Assembly (NCBI GenBank): GCA_030427825.1
Contig: JAUICO010000008.1
Location: forward strand, 513-64,512
Reading direction: 5' to 3'
Source of the DNA: a bacterium
GTDB taxonomy: Bacteria; Myxococcota_A; Bradymonadia; REDH01
Length of the DNA: 64,000 bases
Shown one piece after another: positions 57,657 to 64,000 of this stretch. Position 1 is the stretch's first letter; each line of letters starts with the position of its first letter. Under the pieces are notes generated by a model. The model had not been told where the DNA came from. It made no database searches and saw only the letters and a list, made by a program, of their open reading frames with translations. The translations under genes and the position numbers were made by a program.

Positions 57657-58462
57657 GAGTACTCTTCGCGGCGGCGTCTCCCGGTGACCTCGCAGGCGGC
57701 TCCTATGACGCTCAGCTGGCGCAGCTGCGCGAATCTGACCAACACCGGGCCGCCGACCTTCCCCGGGCCGCCTCACGGGAGAGCTTTGTGGCCTCGCGTC
57801 TGGTGCGCGACCGCCTCCTGCAGCAGCGCTGCGATTGGGACGGAACGCCATTGCTGCGATTGAAGGACGAGCGTCGTCTCTTTCGCACACGGGGTGGCGC
57901 CTGGGGCGTCGTGTCTCTGGCACACACGGATGGCATGGTTGCAGTGGCCGCGGCGGAGGGGATCGCGGTGGGCATCGACGTCGAAGCTGCGACGCGACCA
58001 TGCCGCTTTCGTGCGCTTTCACAGCGCTATTTCTCATCGCGGGAGGCGACGCGGATACGCGAATTGGACGATCAAAGCGGACACCGTGCCTTCATCGAGC
58101 TTTGGACACTCAAAGAGGCCTACGGAAAGGCGACCGGCGAAGGTGTGGCGATGGTTGCAGCGCACGCAGAGTTTGAGTGGCGTCCGGCTAACGTAACAAA
58201 CACGGCAGGCGGCGTGTATGGCGCCGTCGCTGTGCCGAAACACGCTGCGCCGAAACACGCTGCGCCGAAGCACGCTGTGCCGAAGCACGCTTCGCACGTC
58301 GTCACCACACAGCGACACCTGCGATTCCTGCGCAATGACGTCCCGCTCACGCAGTGGAGCTTCACGCAGCAACAACACGACGGCTTTGTCGTCGCGGTCG
58401 CCGCCGCCGCCCACGGAGTGCATTTCGAGTGTGTGGAAGTGTGGGCTCCGCATCCATTCTGA
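57653..58462 (+). CDS. 4'-phosphopantetheinyl transferase (Sfp-type)
   Basis: GTG at 57653 overlaps the PKS stop (GTGA). GIDVEAA and FIELWTLKEAYGKATGEG motifs. Confidence 0.85.
   Translation: MRVLFAAASPGDLAGGSYDAQLAQLRESDQHRAADLPRAASRESFVASRLVRDRLLQQRCDWDGTPLLRLKDERRLFRTRGGAWGVVSLAHTDGMVAVAAAEGIAVGIDVEAATRPCRFRALSQRYFSSREATRIRELDDQSGHRAFIELWTLKEAYGKATGEGVAMVAAHAEFEWRPANVTNTAGGVYGAVAVPKHAAPKHAAPKHAVPKHASHVVTTQRHLRFLRNDVPLTQWSFTQQQHDGFVVAVAAAAHGVHFECVEVWAPHPF
58231..58290 (+). repeat. 15-bp tandem repeat (4 copies) inside the PPTase gene
   Basis: tgtgccgaaacacgc, tgcgccgaaacacgc, tgcgccgaagcacgc, tgtgccgaagcacgc, encoding VPKHA APKHA APKHA VPKHA. Confidence 0.9.
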
Positions 58463-58475
58463 GCCGGTGCGGCTC
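58461..58475. terminator. small hairpin at the convergent junction after the PPTase gene
   Basis: GAGCCG-gtg-CGGCTC, overlapping the TGA stop at 58460..58462. No T-tract. Confidence 0.3.
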
Positions 58476-58489
58476 TCACCCACACAGAA

Positions 58490-59173
58490 TCAGAGGGCTT
58501 CGCACTGCTCGTCGTCGCAGACGAGTCCATCGCCGCACACCAACACGCCTTCGCTGCAGCGCGCATCAGCGGGCAATCCGACGCACTGTTCATCGTCGCA
58601 GGTGCCGCCGAAGTCGGCGCAGTCCAACAGCGTTGGGCTCCCCACGTTGCAGCCCATTACGAGTCGCTCGCCGCGACAGGTGCCGATGTCCGATTCTTCG
58701 CAGGTACCCACATCAGATTCGCACGCATTGCCGTCGGCTTCGGACACACAGCCGGCTCCGGGGTCGGCGCAGAATGCAGTCACCGGGCGTTCATCGTCGA
58801 GGACAAAGAGACAGGTCTGCCCGGTCTCAACCGCGCATTCAAAGCCATAGTCTTCGCTGACTCGGACGCAGGCGCCGGGCACGCCAAAGTACGTCGCGCA
58901 GTCGCGGGATTGAATCACGCCGGCGACGCAGCGGCTGAGCACGCTTCCATCACAACGGCCGCGCGCGCTTGTGTTCGAGCAGCTGGCTGCGGCGTCAACG
59001 TCGTCGCTCACGTCCGCGCCGTCTCCGCTGCCTGTGTCCGTGTCGTCGTAGCAGCCGCACAGGCCCAGCATGCATACAAGCGCGATCGCGGCGGCCGGCA
59101 GGTCCCCGCGCCGGCGTATCCACGGCGTGTTTGTGTGCTCCGCACCGGCGTCGAGCCGCGTCGAACCGCTCAT
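58490..59173 (-). CDS. Cys-rich lipoprotein, hypothetical
   Basis: RRRGDLPAAAIALVCMLGLCGC lipobox, short acidic linker, and many Cys in the mature part. Its ATG overlaps the upstream gene's stop (ATGA at 59170..59173). Confidence 0.6.
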   Translation of the reverse strand: MSGSTRLDAGAEHTNTPWIRRRGDLPAAAIALVCMLGLCGCYDDTDTGSGDGADVSDDVDAAASCSNTSARGRCDGSVLSRCVAGVIQSRDCATYFGVPGACVRVSEDYGFECAVETGQTCLFVLDDERPVTAFCADPGAGCVSEADGNACESDVGTCEESDIGTCRGERLVMGCNVGSPTLLDCADFGGTCDDEQCVGLPADARCSEGVLVCGDGLVCDDEQCEAL

Positions 59174-60213
59174 GTGCGCAGATAGAATTTTTCGCCCATT
59201 CCAAACATACCGTCGAGGGAGACCCTGTCACCGCCCCCGGTCTGGACGTAACCGCTGAAGTACCCGAATGGCCCACGGTATCGGCTTTCAACGATGAGTG
59301 CGTTCAAATCAACTCGTCCATCGAGTTCGATAGTGAAGGTCGCGTCCACTCGACCCAGCTCATCACGAACGCGCCAGGTGGCGCCCACACCTTCGCCGTT
59401 TCGCTCGAACTTCACTGCGGGCAGCAGGTGCGGTTCCCCGTCGATCCACACACAGTTTTCGTTGTTCAGTGTGGGGTTGTTGCACTGGTTTCGGGTGAGA
59501 TTGAACGCGAACAGCTTTCCGTCTCTCCACTGAGCTCCGGTTACCCAATCCCACTCCATTACGTAGGGGTAGTAGCCCTTGTGGTCGTCTACCAGCAGGT
59601 AGGCCTCGCCGCGCGTCAGCGGTACGTTTTCGCCGTCAATCGACATCTCGCCTTCGACAGGCAGCGGTGACTTGTGGGAGTACATCCCCCGGTTTCCATC
59701 GAACGGCAGGCTGACGACCTGCGGCGTAACACCGTTCGCAAAAGCCAGGACACTGCCGCGAATCGAGGGCGTGTCCTTTGTCGCTTTGATGTCGATTTCA
59801 AAGCTGAGTCGATTGTCCGCGAGTCGGTTGATGAAGCGAACCGTGCAGTCGTTGCTCTCATACTCCGCGCGCGAACGTACCAGGTTGTCCGGGATGGTGA
59901 GCTTCCACGGCGCGACCTTGCGCTCGTACAGATACTTCTTTTTCGCGACGCGATCGTAGAGCTTCACCTGGACGAGGCCGACGCTCTGCGCGTTGAAGAG
60001 TGCGACGATCATGAACCAGCGTTTGTTGCCGACCTGTACCGCCTGCCATTCTTTGAGTCGCATCCTCCGCATTGCGCGTGGCCACTTCACCCGCCCGCCG
60101 ATCGCCGCGTCGATCAGGTTCACGGACGCGATGGGGCCATCGAAGGTTCCAAACTTCACGTTGCCACCCTGCACGAGTGCGTTGGGAGGCCTTTCGTAGG
60201 CGCGAGCTGTCAT
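59170..60213 (-). CDS. conserved hypothetical protein, possibly DUF2804-like
   Basis: 347-aa ORF with good coding character and beta-rich sequence (KFGTFDGPIASVNLIDA..., WRVRDELGRVDATFTIELDGR). The family assignment is from memory of size and sequence style only. Confidence 0.55.
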   Translation of the reverse strand: MTARAYERPPNALVQGGNVKFGTFDGPIASVNLIDAAIGGRVKWPRAMRRMRLKEWQAVQVGNKRWFMIVALFNAQSVGLVQVKLYDRVAKKKYLYERKVAPWKLTIPDNLVRSRAEYESNDCTVRFINRLADNRLSFEIDIKATKDTPSIRGSVLAFANGVTPQVVSLPFDGNRGMYSHKSPLPVEGEMSIDGENVPLTRGEAYLLVDDHKGYYPYVMEWDWVTGAQWRDGKLFAFNLTRNQCNNPTLNNENCVWIDGEPHLLPAVKFERNGEGVGATWRVRDELGRVDATFTIELDGRVDLNALIVESRYRGPFGYFSGYVQTGGGDRVSLDGMFGMGEKFYLRT

Positions 60214-60243
60214 CGGAGTTCCGGGTGTGCGGATGCGGGCATC

Positions 60244-61026
60244 CTACCAGTTGTCGCGGAGGCTGCGCAGGGTTCGAAAGCAGCGCTCGCCGGCATCCTC
60301 AACCGAATCGTCGCTGAGCTCAGAAAAGCGGCCGGCGATATGCTCCTGCAGCGACGGGTCCAGTGCACGGTGAAACGGGTTGTAGGCGCGCTCCTCATCC
60401 AGCGTCAGCAGAAAAGGGCCGTCTTCGCGACGGTGTCGGTCAGCGCGGGCCTTGAGCTCTGCGGCGCGTTCATTGCCGGGCTCCACGTGCAGACAGAACG
60501 CGAGGTTGTTCTGTGCGTAGTCGTGGCCCGGATAGAATCTTGCGCTGCCATCGAGGTCTGCGAGGCGGTGACAGACCGTGTTGTAGAGAATGCCGGGCTC
60601 GCCGCCGAATTTGCAGGTGCCGACGCCGCCAACGAAGTAAATATCGCCGCTGATATGGTGCTCGCCGTAGGACGCGATCACGTGACCATCGGTGTGACCG
60701 GGGGCCCACCGTATCGCGAGCTCGATACCGCCCAGCGTGAGACGGTCTCCGTCCGAGACGCCTTCGTCATGAGGTACCGCGAACATCTGAGCGTGGGTCG
60801 ATGCGATAACGCGGCAGTTGAGCGCGGCTTTCACCGCGTCGTTGCCGCCGGCGTGGTCCGGGTGGCCGTGTGTGGTAAAGATGCGGACCCGCCCGGGCGC
60901 GCGCGCGCGTACGAAATCGATCGCGGTCGCGGCGTCCACCGGGTCCACGATCAACGCGTCTCCGTCGTCCTCGACGTAGTACATGAAGTTGTCACTGATC
61001 GTAGACGCTATCGCTTCAACCTGCAT
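60244..61026 (-). CDS. gloB: hydroxyacylglutathione hydrolase (glyoxalase II)
   Basis: ATG at 61026 (MQVEAIASTISDNFMYYVEDDGDALIVDP...). THGHPDHAGGN, APGHTDGH, and a C-terminal NPF region. The ORF-track start at 61575 is a spurious extension. Confidence 0.85.
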   Translation of the reverse strand: MQVEAIASTISDNFMYYVEDDGDALIVDPVDAATAIDFVRARAPGRVRIFTTHGHPDHAGGNDAVKAALNCRVIASTHAQMFAVPHDEGVSDGDRLTLGGIELAIRWAPGHTDGHVIASYGEHHISGDIYFVGGVGTCKFGGEPGILYNTVCHRLADLDGSARFYPGHDYAQNNLAFCLHVEPGNERAAELKARADRHRREDGPFLLTLDEERAYNPFHRALDPSLQEHIAGRFSELSDDSVEDAGERCFRTLRSLRDNW

Positions 61027-61053
61027 GGCCGCTCCTCTTGTGCAGGTCCGGTC

Positions 61054-61080
61054 ATACACACTTTCCCTACGCGTGTGTAT
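61054..61080. promoter_or_regulatory. 8-bp perfect inverted repeat in the gloB / pseudouridine-synthase divergent region
   Basis: ATACACAC-n11-GTGTGTAT, flanked by outer GGTCCG (61045..61050) and CGGACC (61090..61095). Confidence 0.3.
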
Positions 61081-61125
61081 AGGGGCGGTCGGACCGAAAT
61101 GGGCGGCGAACAGGCTGAGAAACTC

Positions 61126-62148
61126 ATGGGGAGAAGAAAGAAGGCGCCGCTCAAGCGAGGCGGTTTTCGCACGCAGGTCGAAGTCACCGGCGGCATCATC
61201 GAAGAGGCGTACCCGGTGCACGAGATGTACAACGGGTGGCGCCTTGACCGCTTTCTCGTAGCGCGCCTCAACCGCAGCTCGCGCACGCAGGTCGCGCTCT
61301 TCATTCAAAGCGGCGTGTACTTTGATGACGGCCGAAAGGTGAAAGCAGGCACGCGAGTTCGCGAAGGAGACGTCGTGCGGGTTCGACGTCAGGAAAAGCA
61401 AACAGCTACGGCGACCAGCATCGACGGCGTCAGGGTACTTCACGAGGACCCATACATGATGGTCCTCGACAAGCCGGCCGGCATCCTGGTTCACCGGACG
61501 GCGCGCGAGCTCTCGAACACGGTCACTGCGTGGCTCGAACGAGAGTATCCCGGCGAGCGGATCGAGGCCGCGCACCGTATCGACCGTGAAACGTCAGGGT
61601 GCCTGGTGTGCGGTCGCGGCGTGGACGCGATCCGTGCGCTGCGTACCGCCTTTGCCGACAATCGCGTCGCAAAGACCTACCGCGCCGTGGTGGTGGATCC
61701 GGACCGCGTATGGTCTGTCGGCGACCGGGTGACGGAGGCTACGCCTCTGGGGCCCGACGCGACCTCGAGTGTGCGCTTGCGTATCGGCGCCGGCACGCTT
61801 CCCTGCGCCTCACACATTCACTGCCTCTCTCGCAACGGCGAGTACGCGCACCTTGAGATCGCCATCGATCAGGGTCGCCAGCACCAGATCCGGGCGCATC
61901 TCTTCATGCGCGGCACACCTATCGCAGGCGACAAGCTCTACGAGATGGGTGACGAGTACTTCGACAGCTGGTCCCTGGCGCCTGACGACCCGGCGCTTCT
62001 GTCTCAGCTCCGCTCCCAATCGCACTGCCTTCACGCCTTACGGGTTGTCGTTCCCGGCGCTGAAGGAGAGCTTCGTGTCAGCGCCGACCTGCCGCAGCGA
62101 ATCCTGGCTCTGTGCGCGGCGGATGCGGAAGGGGCAGGCGCAGGCTGA
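61126..62148 (+). CDS. RluA-family (RluD-like) pseudouridine synthase
   Basis: S4-like WRLDRFLVARLNRSSRTQVALFIQSGV, VLDKPAGILVH, HRIDRETSGCLV, KTYRAVV. An ATG at 61099 is an alternative start. The 59674 start in the ORF track is an artefact. Confidence 0.85.
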   Translation: MGRRKKAPLKRGGFRTQVEVTGGIIEEAYPVHEMYNGWRLDRFLVARLNRSSRTQVALFIQSGVYFDDGRKVKAGTRVREGDVVRVRRQEKQTATATSIDGVRVLHEDPYMMVLDKPAGILVHRTARELSNTVTAWLEREYPGERIEAAHRIDRETSGCLVCGRGVDAIRALRTAFADNRVAKTYRAVVVDPDRVWSVGDRVTEATPLGPDATSSVRLRIGAGTLPCASHIHCLSRNGEYAHLEIAIDQGRQHQIRAHLFMRGTPIAGDKLYEMGDEYFDSWSLAPDDPALLSQLRSQSHCLHALRVVVPGAEGELRVSADLPQRILALCAADAEGAGAG

Positions 62149-62150
62149 GC

Positions 62151-62171
62151 ACGTTGCCCATCCGGCAACGT
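62151..62171. terminator. hairpin at the convergent junction
   Basis: ACGTTGCC-catcc-GGCAACGT (8-bp stem), between stop 62148 (+) and stop 62191 (-). Confidence 0.4.
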
Positions 62172-62190
62172 AGACCCCGCGCGAGCGCTC

Positions 62191-63357
62191 TCAGTCGATG
62201 TCCCAGGCGTCCGCATCGAATTCAGCCGGCGCCGAGGGCTCCACCTCTGCGACGGCCTCAGCGGCTCCGGTTTGCGCTCGAAGAGCGGGTGCACCCGCAG
62301 CCCTCGCACCTTCGACCGCGATGGGCTTTGCTGCCTCTTCGAGGACGGAGGCTACCGCTGCTTCGGGCGCGGGTTCGGCTACCGCCGCTTCTACCGGCGC
62401 GGCGGGCTCTGACGCCTCCGCAGGGGCTTCAACTGCAGGCGCCTCTTCCGGTGCGGCCGCCGCGGGCGTGGCCTGTGCGGGCGCGGCCTGTGCGGGCGCA
62501 ACCGTTTCCTCGGGCGTCGCTGCCGGCTCCGCTACTGCAGCCGGCTCCACCGGTGCTTCCACGACAGGCGCAGGTCTCGGCGCAAGGTCTGCGGGTGTCA
62601 GGGCGTCCGGACGGCGCAGCGACTGATCAATGGACGCCACTCGATCGAGAGCCGCTTCGAGCTGGCTCTTCATGATGAGATACGCCTTGTCGTTGTTCTC
62701 GGCACGACGCCGCTCTTTCTCAAGGTCGACGACGGCGCGCTTCAGCTTGCCGCGAAGCTCACGTATCTCGCCGCGGTAGCGGTTACGCTCTTCAGAGACC
62801 TGCTCGTTGAAGCTGTTTCGGAGCTCGTTTGCCTGTGCGCGCATCTTGCTTCGAATCTCGGCGACTTCAGAGCGAGCCTTGGATTCGGCTCGTTGCAGGG
62901 CCTCGTCCGACACCGACGCCACCGGCTGAGCGGGCTCTGACGATTCCTGCGGTGCGGCCATCAGCCGATCCAGCTGTGCGCGCAGGTTTGCCGCTTCAGT
63001 CTGCGCGGACATCATCTCGTCGCGCATTTGAGACACATCGCCGACGGCCTTTCGCTGCCGCAGCGTCTTCTCAAGCTTCTTTGAGGCCTTTTCTGCTTCT
63101 GCCTTCGCCGAGTGCAGCTTCTTCTTGGACTCTTTGAGGTCTCCGCGCGCGCTGCGGGCTTCGGCGGCCTTCTTTTCAAGCTCCTGCCTGCCCTTCGAGA
63201 CCTCGGTCTTCAGCGACGCGATCTCAGAACGCAGCGTTCCGATCTCCTCTTTGGCTACCGAGAGCTCCTCGTCCGTCTTTGCGCCGCGCGCTCCGAGGAT
63301 GAGGTAGAGGACGACGATCACGAGGAGGGCGCCGAAGATGATAACAATGGGATCCAT
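62191..63357 (-). CDS. membrane-anchored coiled-coil protein with Ala/Pro/Glu-rich C-terminal tail
   Basis: N-terminal TM MDPIVIIFGALLVIVVLYLILG, a long heptad-like K/E/A/L region, then PAPVVEAPVEPAAVAEPAATPEE... Confidence 0.65.
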   Translation of the reverse strand: MDPIVIIFGALLVIVVLYLILGARGAKTDEELSVAKEEIGTLRSEIASLKTEVSKGRQELEKKAAEARSARGDLKESKKKLHSAKAEAEKASKKLEKTLRQRKAVGDVSQMRDEMMSAQTEAANLRAQLDRLMAAPQESSEPAQPVASVSDEALQRAESKARSEVAEIRSKMRAQANELRNSFNEQVSEERNRYRGEIRELRGKLKRAVVDLEKERRRAENNDKAYLIMKSQLEAALDRVASIDQSLRRPDALTPADLAPRPAPVVEAPVEPAAVAEPAATPEETVAPAQAAPAQATPAAAAPEEAPAVEAPAEASEPAAPVEAAVAEPAPEAAVASVLEEAAKPIAVEGARAAGAPALRAQTGAAEAVAEVEPSAPAEFDADAWDID

Positions 63358-63568
63358 TACACACTCAGTTTCGGGTCGCCGCAGACAGATTGTGAAACCT
63401 GCAAGTCACTGAAATTTAAGCGTTTTTCAGCGGTCTGCGGACAAGGTGGTGTGTCTTAACACCCACCCTGGGGAGTGTCAATTCGGCCTTTTTTCGCTTT
63501 TGCAGCTGTGATCGACATCGGCGGCGCCTCTTGCTGCCGGCGCGCCCCTCTGGCAGTCGCCCCTGCCT

Positions 63569-64000
63569 GTGACTGAAGACGACATCATAGCGGCGCTGCA
63601 GCCGCACCTGTCGGCGCGGCGTCTCTCGCGCCTCGATCGCGTGATCAGCAGGCGAATGCACGGGATCTGCGTGGGTCTTGAAGGGCTCTATGACCCCGGG
63701 AATCGCTCGTCCATCTATCGAAGCGCTGAGGGTCTTGGCCTGTACTGCATCGATGTGATCTATCCGGAAGCTGCTCGCAAAAGCCAGGCAAGGCAGGTGT
63801 CCCGGGGCGCCGAGAAGTGGATAGAGGTACGAACACACAAGACCACCGCCCTCGGCATCGCGAGCCTGCGAGAGCGTGGGTACCAGATCGCAGCGGCGGA
63901 TCTCGAGCACGCGCAACCCCTCGAAGCCGTCGACTTCGCGCGGCCTACGGCGCTGGTCTTCGGCAACGAGCGAGATGGGATCAGCGACGAGCTTCGTCAG
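63569..64000 (+). CDS. SpoU/TrmH family RNA 2'-O-methyltransferase, 3' end outside window
   Basis: Not in the ORF track because the frame runs off the window end. GTG at 63569 follows an in-frame TGA at 63509. My translation is VTEDDIIAALQPHLSARRLSRLDRVISRRMHGICVGLEGLYDPGNRSSIYRSAEGLGLYCIDVIY...LVFGNERDGISDEL, typical of TrmH. Confidence 0.7.
   Translation, partial: MTEDDIIAALQPHLSARRLSRLDRVISRRMHGICVGLEGLYDPGNRSSIYRSAEGLGLYCIDVIYPEAARKSQARQVSRGAEKWIEVRTHKTTALGIASLRERGYQIAAADLEHAQPLEAVDFARPTALVFGNERDGISDELRQ

Noticed and set aside
59674-61098. The 5' two-thirds of the 824-aa plus-strand ORF 59674..62148.
   Set aside because: This part runs antisense through the DUF2804-like and gloB genes and has no recognisable domains. 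Only the 3' part, from ATG 61126 (or 61099), encodes the RluA-family synthase.

Overview
High-GC bacterial chromosome segment, most likely Myxococcota. Supporting this are three proteins ending in MYXO-CTERM-like tails (Cys, hydrophobic helix, RRRR), CGNxxxxxGEECDDGN-type cysteine repeats, and many lipoproteins. I support about 44 protein genes. No tRNA, rRNA, CRISPR, transposase or integrase was recognised.

Content:
- Housekeeping genes: rnz, IscA-family, purN, pyrD, gloB, RluA-family, TrmH-family, YifB/ComM-type ATPase.
- Two tandem giant Cys-rich surface-protein paralogs (about 1.6 to 1.76 k aa).
- Several mosaic secreted enzymes with poly-acidic linkers.
- A visibly lower-GC insert carrying a C5-cytosine methyltransferase plus an HNH nuclease (type II R-M-like).
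- Directly downstream of that insert, a compact three-gene cassette: a fatty acyl-AMP ligase, a 2126-aa type I PKS with domain order KS-AT-ACP-KR-DH fused C-terminally to a serine-palmitoyltransferase-like alpha-oxoamine synthase, and an Sfp-type PPTase.

The cassette is my top candidate for an undescribed system, namely a polyketide route to a sphingoid-like amino-lipid.

Many long ORFs in the six-frame track are antisense or out-of-frame artefacts of high GC and were rejected. All functional calls rest on motifs read by eye. No database search was possible.
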